DNA from: Anaerolineae bacterium
GTDB lineage: Bacteria; Chloroflexota; Anaerolineae; Aggregatilineales; J027
Direction: 5' to 3'
Length of the DNA stretch: 64,000 nucleotides
Assembly (NCBI GenBank): GCA_034437655.1
Contig: DAOTTU010000044.1
Coordinates: forward strand, 132,093 to 196,092
Shown here: positions 53,651 through 63,943 of the stretch, piece after piece
How positions within the stretch are numbered: the first letter of the stretch is position 1
Layout: each line of letters begins with the position of its first letter
Notes under the pieces: generated by a model
What the model saw: the letters and a program-made list of their open reading frames with translations, nothing else
Database searches by the model: none
Told to the model about the DNA's origin: nothing
Program-made: the position numbers and the translations under genes

Positions 53651-55105
53651 CTAAAACGGACATAAATCTACTACAGTATAGCTTGGGTTGGCATAGCCGT
53701 AAGCGTTTAAATTAGATAAAGCCTCCGGGCGTCCATTTGCCAATGCAATCACCGCCTGGCAGCCCGCACTCACGTTACCCCCCGCCGCCTGAAACGCATC
53801 GACAAACGTGGTGGCCAGCGCTGCATAGACTTCACCTGCTGAACCCGGTGGATTTTCATTTTGCAGTAATCGTAGCGTTGTGCCAACGCGCCCATCACCC
53901 AGACGCGCATAAATCGTCAAAATGCGATAGGTAGCAAAGGCTTGCAACATTGGTGTTTCGTTCGGGACAGCCGGCCATGGGAGCAGGTCTTCACTGTTGC
54001 GTACCTCGCGATAGGTGTCAAGCGCACTGGCAAACGATTGGCGGCGCAGCAGGTTGTCGGCGTCGTGTAGGGTGTGGATGCGGTAACGTGCATCTGACTC
54101 CTCACGGGTAGCGAGGATGTAGTCGCGCCCTGTCCAGTCCCACGTATCGACAATAGAACGTGTTGGGCCCGAAGAAACATTCGCGCCGGGCTCACTGAGT
54201 GCCGTGAGTTCAAGCACCCCGTCGCTATCAACATCAACAATCCCTAAACGCCCATTTTCAGCGATAATCGGTTGGTTGTTCAGCGGCTCAAAAACCCCGG
54301 TGATGGCGTTCCATGACAGGATAAAACCTTCGCGAGTACAACTTGTATTCGAGCATGACTGAATATCGAAGACGAGTTCGGCACGGTTGTCACCGTTCAT
54401 ATCGCCCACACGATGCAGCACAGGGAGCGCATAGCCCGGGCTGTACGGTGTGGCGTAAAGTAGTCGATAACGTCCGTTGTCGCAACCATAAACCAGAAGC
54501 TGACCCGCATTGCGGACCGCATCGGCGCTGTAGGTGAATGGGTTGAAAATATTGACGATGATTTCGGCAACATCATCCCCGGTGAGGTCAGTATCGGCCT
54601 GGATAACGCCACCGCTTGAGGTAATCGCACGTTCGGCTCCGAGCCCACCTTCCAGTACCAACGGAGAGCCACCATTACTCAAATACGCACCGATTGCTGC
54701 CGGAAATTCTGTGAAGTCATCTGGCGGTGAACCGAAGCTACGACCGCCGGGGAGTGGGCAGTCACTCGTACCAAAGCGAGGGGCATCTAAGGGGGCGGCA
54801 GCAGTCTCGGTTGCAGCGACCAGCGTTTGACTAATTGCTGTGGCAGTGCCAACGGGGCCAACGATTTGCCCGCTGTTGGCGATGCGCGTTGCAGCGTCGG
54901 TGTTACCGGCTGGTCCTGTCGGCGAAACCATCCATACCGAGATACGCCCGCCAAAAGTAGCAGTGCGTGGTGCCTGGAAGGTCTGTGTGGACAATGGACG
55001 CTCACCAATTTCTTCCAACGTGCTGCACGCCAATAAAATGAGCGCAAGCAAGAGAGTACTCATAAGCACGAAAGCGCGTTGAAACAATACCTTCGACGTA
55101 TCCAT
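53651..55105 (-). CDS. lipoprotein with FG-GAP/VCBS-like repeats
   Basis: Start moved to ATG 55105 because the track's N-terminal 50 aa are a read-through of tRNA-Pro. It has a lipobox-like signal (LLLALILLAC). The Ca-binding FG-GAP-like blocks are DLTGDDVAEIIVN, VGDMNGDNRAELVFD and VDVDSDGVLELT. Confidence 0.7.
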   Translation of the reverse strand: MDTSKVLFQRAFVLMSTLLLALILLACSTLEEIGERPLSTQTFQAPRTATFGGRISVWMVSPTGPAGNTDAATRIANSGQIVGPVGTATAISQTLVAATETAAAPLDAPRFGTSDCPLPGGRSFGSPPDDFTEFPAAIGAYLSNGGSPLVLEGGLGAERAITSSGGVIQADTDLTGDDVAEIIVNIFNPFTYSADAVRNAGQLLVYGCDNGRYRLLYATPYSPGYALPVLHRVGDMNGDNRAELVFDIQSCSNTSCTREGFILSWNAITGVFEPLNNQPIIAENGRLGIVDVDSDGVLELTALSEPGANVSSGPTRSIVDTWDWTGRDYILATREESDARYRIHTLHDADNLLRRQSFASALDTYREVRNSEDLLPWPAVPNETPMLQAFATYRILTIYARLGDGRVGTTLRLLQNENPPGSAGEVYAALATTFVDAFQAAGGNVSAGCQAVIALANGRPEALSNLNAYGYANPSYTVVDLCPF

Positions 55106-55176
55106 GCTGGGAAGTATAGCGGATTGGTTGATGAGATGCGAGAGAGGATCAAAGAAATGCAGGTGAAACAAAAGTG

Positions 55177-55249
55177 TCGGGGTACCCAGACTCGAACTGG
55201 GGACCTCTGCGTCCCAAACACAGCGCGCTACCAACTGCGCCATACCCCG
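55177..55249 (-). tRNA. tRNA-Pro (anticodon UGG)
   Basis: The 73-nt sequence CGGGGTATGGCGCAGTTGGTAGCGCGCTGTGTTTGGGACGCAGAGGTCCCCAGTTCGAGTCTGGGTACCCCGA forms a full cloverleaf with anticodon loop UU-UGG-GA. No CCA is encoded. Confidence 0.95.
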
Positions 55250-55509
55250 AAACACGTAAACAACATATTGATTTCTAGTGCGTGTACACCCGCCTTACCG
55301 TGTGGTCACCCGGTTTTGGAGCCTGAGGCTCCTAAAGAGGGGTTGCCTGCTTACCAATTGCTGTATTGGCATACGCCTTACATTGTCGGTAAAACTTAGC
55401 ACCCTAAAGATAGAGTGTTGGCCCAGAACGTGGGGTGGCATCACGTGTAAGGCAGGTAACTCTTTTGTAGCATGTAGTCCCCCGTCTTGTAAAGGGTAAA
55501 CCCCGCCAG

Positions 55510-56877
55510 CTAGCCCGAATCATCATTCGGCGGAATGAACGTGCGCTCCTCTGAAAGCCCCGGTTTGTCCAAAGAAGACTTGTGGCGATCTACTGCTGAT
55601 GTGCCACCCTGCTGTGGAGATTGCGGGGGCGGGGTTGTGTAACCAAATTGCTGCGGTGGTGTTGTGCTTATTTCACCGGTAGGCGTCGGGTAGCTGCCAG
55701 TCTGGCCCGGCATCACATAGTAGACTTGCTGCTGGGTGTTGGTGTTTGGGCCGCGTAACAATGCCGCTAGCAACAAGAACCCAAAGCCAATAAATGCAAT
55801 GATGCTAACCCAGACCAGGATAGGACCGGACAACGCCCCTAACGTCAAGCGCTGTAGCTCAAACACCAGTTCAACACCCGGATCGGTAGTGCCCGTAATG
55901 TCTCGCGCGCGTGGATTTTCTATAAGAAGCCCATAAATCCATGGGACCAGCGGCGCGAGGGTAAACGCACTTGTGCTAATGAGTGCCAAACTTGTCCACA
56001 AGAAGAACCCTTTTGCAGAACGGACGGTTATCACCACGATGAGTGCCATGAGCATCACAGGCGCTATCAAAATCACGGCAAGCGTCTGGTCAATGAAGAA
56101 AATAATCCGGCGCGTCTCGTGCATCCCGCGGTCAAACTCTGCCAGGTCACTTTCCTCCGACGTAAAACCTAAGTCTGTCAAATCGTCTGCGTCTGCAATT
56201 TGCTCACGCAGATTGAATTCATAGTCCGGTAGGTTCTCAATGTCTGCCGCGAGGGCTCGACGCCCACTATTGAACGTTGCATAGAGCATGTCAAGTTGAG
56301 CTTCGTTGGGCCGGCATTCGGGCAAAACAACGTTGCTACGCCCGACCAGTATATCTTCAATTAATTGGTTTTGTGCATCAGTACAGGCGTCAAGATCGCG
56401 CACCGACGCGAAGACATTCTCCGTCAGTTGCATACCTGTTTCACCCGTAATGGCATCATAAACTGGGCGTAGGTCTGCTTCAAAGCGCAACGTATCTGTC
56501 TCAAATTCGGTGTATGCAACGAGGGTTTGTAGATTTGTCGTCACCATTGTACGAACCCAGACTGGATCGATCAGCTCACTGATATAGCCTTGCCAGTCGG
56601 CGCGGTCAATCGCGATAATCGTCTGTGCGAAAATTTGGATATCCTGCGCACGTTCTGGTTCACCAGCCTGGCGTAGCAATTCGCTATGGAGTTGTCCGAT
56701 CCCCGGAATGACAAAAACTGCCATATCCTCGTACGCGTCGTCGTCTAGTGAGGCTGTATAGCTGTCAACATTGGTAATGACGCTGTTCCACAAAACAATA
56801 GTCCAGATGGAAAGCGGGGCAACCATGACAATAGTACTCAACAGCAAGCAGCCGATGGTTCTACCCAGGCACCGCAT
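55510..56877 (-). CDS. hypothetical polytopic membrane protein with Pro/Gln-rich C-terminal tail
   Basis: 455-aa ORF with one N-terminal TM helix, a ~240-aa soluble domain, 4-5 C-terminal TM helices and a PPQQ-rich tail. No family recognised. Confidence 0.6.
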   Translation of the reverse strand: MRCLGRTIGCLLLSTIVMVAPLSIWTIVLWNSVITNVDSYTASLDDDAYEDMAVFVIPGIGQLHSELLRQAGEPERAQDIQIFAQTIIAIDRADWQGYISELIDPVWVRTMVTTNLQTLVAYTEFETDTLRFEADLRPVYDAITGETGMQLTENVFASVRDLDACTDAQNQLIEDILVGRSNVVLPECRPNEAQLDMLYATFNSGRRALAADIENLPDYEFNLREQIADADDLTDLGFTSEESDLAEFDRGMHETRRIIFFIDQTLAVILIAPVMLMALIVVITVRSAKGFFLWTSLALISTSAFTLAPLVPWIYGLLIENPRARDITGTTDPGVELVFELQRLTLGALSGPILVWVSIIAFIGFGFLLLAALLRGPNTNTQQQVYYVMPGQTGSYPTPTGEISTTPPQQFGYTTPPPQSPQQGGTSAVDRHKSSLDKPGLSEERTFIPPNDDSG

Positions 56878-56916
56878 ACTACATTACTCCCAGAATGTGC
56901 TTATTCTAAAAAGGCA

Positions 56917-57885
56917 TCAGTCGTACTGTGCATCGTAGTTGCCGACCGTAGACACGACATGCACTGGGACAGCATTGAGCGTTTGTAAGATTGTCTGTGC
57001 TGTTGCATCTGCGGATTTGACGACCGCCAGCCCATGTACCTTGCCAGATTCAGGATGGACAGCAGTGCTGGTAATGGTGCCTGTTGTTTTGCCGGCCTGG
57101 TTCTGAAGGCTGTCACCAACGTTCAATGGTGTATCACTTTCGATTTGAACCAGCATGCGTGCCAGTTTGCCACGGCTTTCCATGCGAGCGATGATCTCTT
57201 GCCCGGTGTAGCAACCTTTATTGAAGCTCACCGCATTCCATAACCCAAGCTCAAGCGGAATATAAGCGTCAGTCAGTTCGTGCCCAACAGCGGGGAGCCC
57301 AGCTTCAATACGTAACAAGTCGTAGTCCTCGGCAGCGGCCTGTGGAATCTGCAAGGTGTTGAGATGGGCGTGTACTTCGGTCATGAAATCAGGCGGCCCC
57401 ATGACCCAGTAAGCAGGCGCATCGGCAATATCATCGACGCGGACCAGCCACGCACCAACGTCCATTGCGAATTGATAGTGGTCAAGCATCGCTGCGTCTG
57501 GCCACCACTGCGCAACGACTTCAGCGCTCTGTGGACCATAAATACCGATATGGTGCAACGAATCAGTTACGGACTTGATGTCGAGCTTGTCATTCCAGAA
57601 GATGTTGCGGCGCAAAAACGCCTCAAAACCTGCCCCCTGTTCAGCTTCTGTAATTACCATAACGGTTTCACCCCGATTGAGTACCAGTGTGTGATACAGA
57701 ATGCGTGCATTGGCATTCAAAAACAGGGTTGCTCGAGCGTGGCCTTCTGGTAGGTCAACAAGGCGATTGGTGGAAAGGCGGTTCATCAGGTCGAGCCGGT
57801 CGCGCTCGGTTAGCAAGAGGCGACCACGCGACGTGTGATCGAACCAGACAGCGTGCGACTGTGCAGCTTGGTAGATGCTTGTCAT
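56917..57885 (-). CDS. ygfZ: folate-binding YgfZ/GcvT-family protein
   Basis: The KGCYTGQEIIARMESRGK signature (K-G-C-Y-x-G-Q-E) and an aminomethyltransferase-like fold length. Confidence 0.75.
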   Translation of the reverse strand: MTSIYQAAQSHAVWFDHTSRGRLLLTERDRLDLMNRLSTNRLVDLPEGHARATLFLNANARILYHTLVLNRGETVMVITEAEQGAGFEAFLRRNIFWNDKLDIKSVTDSLHHIGIYGPQSAEVVAQWWPDAAMLDHYQFAMDVGAWLVRVDDIADAPAYWVMGPPDFMTEVHAHLNTLQIPQAAAEDYDLLRIEAGLPAVGHELTDAYIPLELGLWNAVSFNKGCYTGQEIIARMESRGKLARMLVQIESDTPLNVGDSLQNQAGKTTGTITSTAVHPESGKVHGLAVVKSADATAQTILQTLNAVPVHVVSTVGNYDAQYD

Positions 57886-58011
57886 TAGGTAGCAGAGTCC
57901 TTATCTTACTTCGCTTTACCCTCATTATAACGATGAGAGTGTCTGTTTAACAGTACGTGCAGCGAAGCCAAAGCGTTGCTACAATGCAGCAAAATCAGCA
58001 AGGAGACCATA

Positions 58012-58752
58012 ATGCGTTTTGATGTCTTGACCCTATTTCCAGACATGTTTGAAGGCCCCCTGACAGAAAGTATTCTCAAGCGTGCGCAAGAAGCCGGCCA
58101 GATCGAAATCTATCGGCACAACATTCGCGATTACGCGACCGACAAACACCACATTACTGATGATACGCCAGCGGGTGGCGGTGGGGGCATGGTGATGAAA
58201 GTTGATCCCATTGTTCGGGCTGTTGAAGATTTGCAGGCGACACCAGAAACCCCGGTTATTTTATTAACGCCACAGGGACGTGTTTTTAATCAGCATGTGG
58301 CATTTGAACTGGTACAGCACCCGCGCCTTGTGTTGGTTTGTGGCCGCTATGAAGGCGTAGATGAACGTGTGCGCGAACTTGTTATTACCGATGAAATTAG
58401 CATCGGTGACTATGTATTGACGGGTGGAGAGTTAGCCGCTATGGTGATGATTGATGCAATTGCCCGCTTGGTTCCGGGCGTGCTGGGTGCGCGGTGGGGT
58501 GCAGAAGAAGATTCTCATGCCACTGGACTCCTCGAGCATCCACACTACACCCGTCCTGCCATGTTCCGTGGTTTAACGATTCCTGATGTACTCACCAGTG
58601 GTAACCACCAGGCGGTCGCACACTGGCGTCGCTTGGAAAGCCTGCGCCGTACCTGGGAACGACGCCCAGATATGTTGCAACACATCCAGCTTTCACCGGA
58701 AGAACAGGCCTTTATCGCTGAACTGAACGCGACATCCCAACAGGATGACTGA
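58012..58752 (+). CDS. trmD: tRNA (guanine37-N1)-methyltransferase
   Basis: AAGGAG lies 6 nt upstream of ATG 58012. Motifs are [48 protein letters not shown] and HPHYTRP. Confidence 0.95.
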   Translation: MRFDVLTLFPDMFEGPLTESILKRAQEAGQIEIYRHNIRDYATDKHHITDDTPAGGGGGMVMKVDPIVRAVEDLQATPETPVILLTPQGRVFNQHVAFELVQHPRLVLVCGRYEGVDERVRELVITDEISIGDYVLTGGELAAMVMIDAIARLVPGVLGARWGAEEDSHATGLLEHPHYTRPAMFRGLTIPDVLTSGNHQAVAHWRRLESLRRTWERRPDMLQHIQLSPEEQAFIAELNATSQQDD

Positions 58753-58830
58753 TTCTCAAAAACCCTGCATCTGTGTGGTCTGTAGCGTGCTATACTGATA
58801 GAACAAATTTGCTTTTTCCAGGGAAGCACA

Positions 58831-59625
58831 ATGGCACCAGAAGCAAAAGCCACACAACAATCAACATCAACTACCAAGCAGGATGAAGAAACGGCCACTT
58901 CTGGCGTCCGTGCAAAACGCGCTGAGCGCCAAAGCCCCCCGGTTTCAGGCCCGCGCCGTACAGGGTTGGCAAGGCTGCACCAGATTTTGCGCGATCCGAA
59001 AGCCTTCCGTGAATTCCGCGAAAATTTGCCCGCCTGGATAGATGAGGTCGGTGCTTTTGCCCTTATTTTACTGGGGTTACTAACGTTTTCAGCGTTGCTG
59101 AATCCTACCGGTGACATTGCCGCACCCATTGCAAGTGCCCTACGGATAGCGTTTGGTTTCGGGGCTTTCGTCATCGCAACAGCAATTGTGCTGCTCGGTG
59201 TAATTTTGTTGCTGGTACGTGTCGGCTTTGTAGTGAAGCTAAGCTGGTCGCGGGTGCTAGCATTTGAAGTCTTTTTCATGACGTTGCAAGCGTTGTTGCA
59301 TCTGTTAACGTTTGCTGACGAACCACGCGCACTGGCTCGTGAGGGTGAAGGTGGCGGCTATGTGGGGTGGGCCATCAGTAGCATCGCTGTTGGCTATGTA
59401 GGAGAAGGCACTGCGATGTTGATATTTGCTGGCATTGCATTATTCAGCCTGGGTGCTTTTTTTGGTATTCGACGGCGTGATATTCGTGCAGTTGTCTTGA
59501 GTTTCAGCGACTTGTTAGGCAGCCTTGCGAATTGGTTGCGCCCCAAACCGCTAGCCGGGACGTCGCACAAGCCCACTGACTATACACTGAATGCAACAGA
59601 CACCGTTGAAGATGAAACCCTTTGA
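58831..59625 (+). CDS. ftsK: FtsK N-terminal 4-TM membrane domain encoded as a separate ORF
   Basis: Basic N-terminus, then 4-5 TM helices with the FtsK_4TM-like GEGGGYVGWAIS loop. It ends at TGA 59623-25. Confidence 0.7.
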   Translation: MAPEAKATQQSTSTTKQDEETATSGVRAKRAERQSPPVSGPRRTGLARLHQILRDPKAFREFRENLPAWIDEVGAFALILLGLLTFSALLNPTGDIAAPIASALRIAFGFGAFVIATAIVLLGVILLLVRVGFVVKLSWSRVLAFEVFFMTLQALLHLLTFADEPRALAREGEGGGYVGWAISSIAVGYVGEGTAMLIFAGIALFSLGAFFGIRRRDIRAVVLSFSDLLGSLANWLRPKPLAGTSHKPTDYTLNATDTVEDETL

Positions 59626-59681
59626 CCGTCTTGACTAACCCAATACGCATCCATTTGATTACATAGGGGAGTAAGGAAACT

Positions 59682-61541
59682 GTGTCCAATAACGATTCTG
59701 ATGCGCAGCATGATGCCGCACTGCCATCAAATGGTGAGGTTGACGACAACGATGCCGATACCGCCAACCACGAGCAGCGTGCGCCTATTCCAATCAATAT
59801 TAATAGCCAGACAATCAATGCCTATATTCCCGGCACTGAACCAACCGACCCAGATGCCGATGACGATGAGGGGCAGACCATTATCATCAATGGCAAAGCA
59901 GTCCAAATGCCGGACTCGCTGAAATTGCCAAAGCGGCGTCGTACCAAAAATCAGCGTGGCAGCAAGATGCGAAGTGTGAACGGCCGCCGCGAGTTTATTA
60001 TTGAAGGCTTTAAAACCAAAACGAAAATCGGCCGCCGCAGCAAAACCTTGCCCGAACTGGATTTGTTGAACTATACCGAGCTGCAATTGCCATCGAATGA
60101 AGAAGTGAACCACCGCGCCCGCTTGATTGAGAATACAATGCTTGAATTCGACATTGACGCTGATGTAATTGATGTGCGTGTCGGGCCAACGATCACACAA
60201 TACGCCGTCTCCCCTATTAAAGAAGTCATTGACGAAGACGGTGAACGGCACATTATCCGTACTCGGGTTAATAAAATCGCCGGGTTGGCCAATGACCTTG
60301 CGCTGGCGCTTTCGACCAAAACGCTGCGCATTGAAGCACCGGTCCCGGGACATTCTTACGTGGGGATTGAGGTACCGAATGCCGAACCAAGTACGGTCTC
60401 GCTGCGCGCTATGTTAGAATCGGAAGAATACTACAATGAGCGCAAAAAGCCGCTGGCGGTCCCGCTTGGACGTGATGTGTCAGGCAACCCGGTTGTGATT
60501 GACCTGGCCGCGATGCCGCATATTTTGATGGCTGGCACAACGGGTTCAGGGAAGTCGGTGGGGCTGCGGTCAATGCTTACGGCGCTGGTGATGAGCAATA
60601 CGCCAGACACGATGCGGCTGATTGTGCTGGACCCCAAGCGCGTTGAGTTCACCCAGTTTAACGGCCTGCCGCATCTTATTGGCCCCGTTGAAACAGACCC
60701 GGAACGGATTATTGGCGTGTTGCGTTGGGCCACCCGTGAAATGGATCGGCGTTACCGATTGTTGGAACAAGAAAAAGCCCGCAATATTGAAGCCTACAAC
60801 GCCATTTTGGGGCGGCGACGTAAGTCTGAACATATGCCTTATGTGGTTATTGTTGTTGATGAGATCGGTGACCTGATGATGATCCGCCCTGAAGAAACTG
60901 AGCGTACACTGACGCGCCTGGCTCAGAAAGCACGGGCGGCGGGGATGCATATGGTGGTTGCAACCCAGCGCCCCAGCGTCGATGTCATTACCGGGCTTAT
61001 CAAAGCCAATTTCCCGGCGCGTATTTCCTACGCAGTCGCCAGCAGCACCGACTCGCGGGTGATTCTGGACTACACCGGGGCCGACGCCTTGATTGGACGC
61101 GGGGATATGCTCTTTTTAGGGCCAGACGCGGCCGGGCCAACACGGCTCCAGGGTGCCTTTGCCGACGACGATGAGATTGATCGTGTTGTGAATTACTGGC
61201 ACGAATGGCAACAGCAGCAGATTGAAGACGGAAAGCTCGAAGCGCCGGGAACACCACCCTGGGAACAAGCTGTCACACGCCTGGAATCGCTTACGGATGT
61301 TGACCCGTTGTTGGAAGAAGCGGTTGATCTGGTTGTCTCAGAAGGTCGCGCTTCGGCATCACTGATACAGCGTAAATTGGGCGTTGGTTACCCACGTGCA
61401 GCGCAGTTAATTGACTCATTGCATGAACTGAGTATTGTGGGTAGCCCAAAAGCGGGTGGTAAAACCCGTGAGGTGCTGGTTAAATCGGTGAATGATGCAC
61501 GTCGAATGATGCGGAATAACCGACGCAAGCAGCGCTACTAA
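59682..61541 (+). CDS. ftsK: FtsK/SpoIIIE DNA translocase motor (linker + alpha/beta/gamma domains)
   Basis: GTG start with GGGGAGTAAGG 6 nt upstream and an in-frame TAG at 59664. Walker A is MAGTTGSGKS and Walker B is VVIVVDEIGDLMM. The arginine-finger region is VATQRPSVDVITG and the gamma domain is ASASLIQRKLGVGYPRAAQLIDSL. Confidence 0.9.
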   Translation: MSNNDSDAQHDAALPSNGEVDDNDADTANHEQRAPIPININSQTINAYIPGTEPTDPDADDDEGQTIIINGKAVQMPDSLKLPKRRRTKNQRGSKMRSVNGRREFIIEGFKTKTKIGRRSKTLPELDLLNYTELQLPSNEEVNHRARLIENTMLEFDIDADVIDVRVGPTITQYAVSPIKEVIDEDGERHIIRTRVNKIAGLANDLALALSTKTLRIEAPVPGHSYVGIEVPNAEPSTVSLRAMLESEEYYNERKKPLAVPLGRDVSGNPVVIDLAAMPHILMAGTTGSGKSVGLRSMLTALVMSNTPDTMRLIVLDPKRVEFTQFNGLPHLIGPVETDPERIIGVLRWATREMDRRYRLLEQEKARNIEAYNAILGRRRKSEHMPYVVIVVDEIGDLMMIRPEETERTLTRLAQKARAAGMHMVVATQRPSVDVITGLIKANFPARISYAVASSTDSRVILDYTGADALIGRGDMLFLGPDAAGPTRLQGAFADDDEIDRVVNYWHEWQQQQIEDGKLEAPGTPPWEQAVTRLESLTDVDPLLEEAVDLVVSEGRASASLIQRKLGVGYPRAAQLIDSLHELSIVGSPKAGGKTREVLVKSVNDARRMMRNNRRKQRY

Positions 61542-61555
61542 AGGGATAATTGTCC

Positions 61556-63943
61556 ATGCTCGGAAACATCAAGAGATTTATGCAATTTGATCGCGCTATC
61601 CAGATTGAGGCTGAAAATGGAGACGCGCTCGTAGTTTATCTGGCACCGAACCTGGTGCAGGTCCGTTTTTCAGCCACTCGTGAATTTAAACAGGTACTCT
61701 CCTATGCGCTAGAACCGACTTTTGCGCCGCTCGTGGTTAACATGACCGTTAACGATACGCCCGAGTGGATTGACACACGTACTGAGGCGCTCATGGTCCA
61801 GGTTCATCGGGTGTCAGGTGCAATGCGTATTCGGCTGGCAAACGGACAAGACGTTAGCCTCGATACAGGGCAGGGGTTACACTTTACGCCAGAAGGCCAC
61901 CCCGCCTGGACACGTCAATTACCAGACGGTGAACATGCCCACGGACTAGGTGAACGCGCCACAGGGCTGAACTTACGTGGCAAACGCTACCAGCTATGGA
62001 ATTACGACTTTAAAAACTATCAACGTGGCAGTGACCCCCTCTATTACAGTATTCCCTTTTACCTTGGCGTTCATGCCGACTATACGCTGGGCGTCTTCTG
62101 GGACAATCCTGCCCGTGGGATAGTTGATATTGGGGCAACGCAGCCCGACCAGATGACGTTTAGCAGCGAGACTGGCGAACTCATTTTTTACGTTATCGCT
62201 GATCGTCAGGCTCCAAATGTACTGAAACGTTATTTTGAACTCACTGGTAATCCGTTAATGCCGCCGCTCTGGGCTTTTGGGTATCATCAATCTCGCTACG
62301 GGTATAATGACACCACGCGCTATCGAGAATTAATGCGTGAGTTTCGCACCCGCAAAATTCCCTGTGATGTGTTGCATTTCGACATCTCCTACATGGATGG
62401 CTATCGGGTGTTTACCTATGACAAAGACAAATTTGGCGATTTACCTGTCCTGTTGCGTCAATTCAAAGAGCGTGGCTTCCGTTCTATCGCGATTCTTGAC
62501 CCCGGTGTGAAAATTGACAAGCGCTATGCAGCCTATTCCAGTGGTGTTGAGCAAGATATATTCTTGAAAAAAAGCGACGGTAGTCACTACGAAGCCAGGG
62601 TCTGGGCGGGTGAATCTGTCTTTCCGGACTTCACTAAGCCCGAAGCGCGGCGCTGGTGGGGCAAGCAAGTTGCTAAATTTGTTGAAATGGGTATCGACGG
62701 CTTATGGAACGATATGAACGAGCCGACGATCTTTTTGGATTGGGAAAAGCCCGGTGAAATGCCACACGACCTGCCCTACCACTGGGACGGGCATGGCTCC
62801 ACCCAGCATGAAGGCGGGCAAAACGTCTATGGGATGCAAATGACGCGAGCAACGTATGAAGGCTTGCTGCGGGCTTATCCCGATCGGCGGCCATTTGTCC
62901 TAACCCGCTCAACTTATGCAGGTGGGCACCGTTATGCGGTCACCTGGACTGGCGACAACACATCTGACTGGGACCACCTGAAGCTGTCAATTGCAATGGC
63001 GCTTAATTCTGCCCTTTCAGGTATGATCTTCACCGGTCCAGATGTTGGCGGCTTTTTTGAAACGCCTGACCCTGAACTTTATAGCCGCTGGGTACAGCTT
63101 GCTTCCCTTTTTCCATTGTTTCGTACACATTCCATGCTGGAAACGCCGAATCAAGAACCGTGGAGCTTTGGCAAAGAAACGGAAGACATCGCCCGCAAGT
63201 TCATCAATCTACGTTATCAACTGCTCCCTTATCTCTATAGCGCCTATGCACAGGCGTCCACGCAAGGCTTGCCGATGTTACGGCCGACGTTTTTCCTTGA
63301 CCCCAACGACGAGCAGCTCCATAACCAGGACGATGCGTTCATGGTTGGCGATGCGCTATTTGTGGCACCAGTGCTGGAACCGGGTGTTTCCAAGCGTAGC
63401 GTTTATCTGCCACGTGGGGTCTGGTATGACTTCTGGACGAATCGTCTGATTGACGGTAAGCGTACCGTTGAAGTCGAAGCCCCACTTGACCATATGCCAA
63501 TCTATGCGCGGGCCGGGGCAGTGGTCCCGATGTGGGATGTCATGCAGTATGTGGGTGAAAAACGCGTCGAAGAATTGCAACTAAAAGTGTTTGCAGGCCC
63601 CGGAGAATCAGCGTTTTATGAAGATGCTGGCGAAGGACTTGGTTACCAGAATGGAGAATATCGCTGGTCGTACCTGACCTGTCTGTCTTTACCCGGGAGC
63701 GCTTTTGCCATCAATCGTCGGGTGGCGGGCAACTATACACCCGGTTATCGCAACATACGTCTCAACATTATCGGGCTACCGACTGAGCCAGATGTTGTGA
63801 AAGTTGATGATCTACCGGCCCCTATCTGGTTCTTTGAAAAAGGTGTCGTCGAAATTCTGACATCACCCTTCAGAACGATTGAATTGACGGGTAAACGCCG
63901 CGACCCATCCAGCACAGCCGATACCGTCGTTAGCCGCCGCTAG
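61556..63943 (+). CDS. glycoside hydrolase family 31 (alpha-glucosidase-like)
   Basis: GIDGLWNDMNEP (nucleophile Asp region), WTGDNTSDW and GPDVGGF. The first ATG is at 61556; the track start 61550 is a TTG. Confidence 0.85.
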   Translation: MLGNIKRFMQFDRAIQIEAENGDALVVYLAPNLVQVRFSATREFKQVLSYALEPTFAPLVVNMTVNDTPEWIDTRTEALMVQVHRVSGAMRIRLANGQDVSLDTGQGLHFTPEGHPAWTRQLPDGEHAHGLGERATGLNLRGKRYQLWNYDFKNYQRGSDPLYYSIPFYLGVHADYTLGVFWDNPARGIVDIGATQPDQMTFSSETGELIFYVIADRQAPNVLKRYFELTGNPLMPPLWAFGYHQSRYGYNDTTRYRELMREFRTRKIPCDVLHFDISYMDGYRVFTYDKDKFGDLPVLLRQFKERGFRSIAILDPGVKIDKRYAAYSSGVEQDIFLKKSDGSHYEARVWAGESVFPDFTKPEARRWWGKQVAKFVEMGIDGLWNDMNEPTIFLDWEKPGEMPHDLPYHWDGHGSTQHEGGQNVYGMQMTRATYEGLLRAYPDRRPFVLTRSTYAGGHRYAVTWTGDNTSDWDHLKLSIAMALNSALSGMIFTGPDVGGFFETPDPELYSRWVQLASLFPLFRTHSMLETPNQEPWSFGKETEDIARKFINLRYQLLPYLYSAYAQASTQGLPMLRPTFFLDPNDEQLHNQDDAFMVGDALFVAPVLEPGVSKRSVYLPRGVWYDFWTNRLIDGKRTVEVEAPLDHMPIYARAGAVVPMWDVMQYVGEKRVEELQLKVFAGPGESAFYEDAGEGLGYQNGEYRWSYLTCLSLPGSAFAINRRVAGNYTPGYRNIRLNIIGLPTEPDVVKVDDLPAPIWFFEKGVVEILTSPFRTIELTGKRRDPSSTADTVVSRR

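Noticed and set aside
55106-55255. N-terminal 50 codons of the track ORF 53651-55255 (MFRGMAQLVARCVWDAEVPSSSLGT...).
   Set aside because: This stretch is the translation of the tRNA-Pro gene (55177-55249). The real CDS starts at ATG 55105 with a lipoprotein-like signal.
55256-55509. A 254-bp non-coding gap upstream of tRNA-Pro, with a perfect hairpin GGAGCC-TGA-GGCTCC (55316-55330) and CCAAT/ATTGG pairings. I considered a small RNA or terminator.
   Set aside because: No U-run follows the hairpin on either strand. There is no match to SRP, 6S, tmRNA or RNase P motifs that I can recognise. The gap most likely holds the tRNA-Pro promoter and the 3' UTR of the upstream gene.
58545-59279. A 244-aa minus-strand ORF overlapping the trmD 3' end and the ftsK membrane-domain gene.
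   Set aside because: It is antisense to two genes with clear family signatures. Its Ser/Arg/Ala-rich composition is typical of a shadow frame in GC-rich codon position 3.
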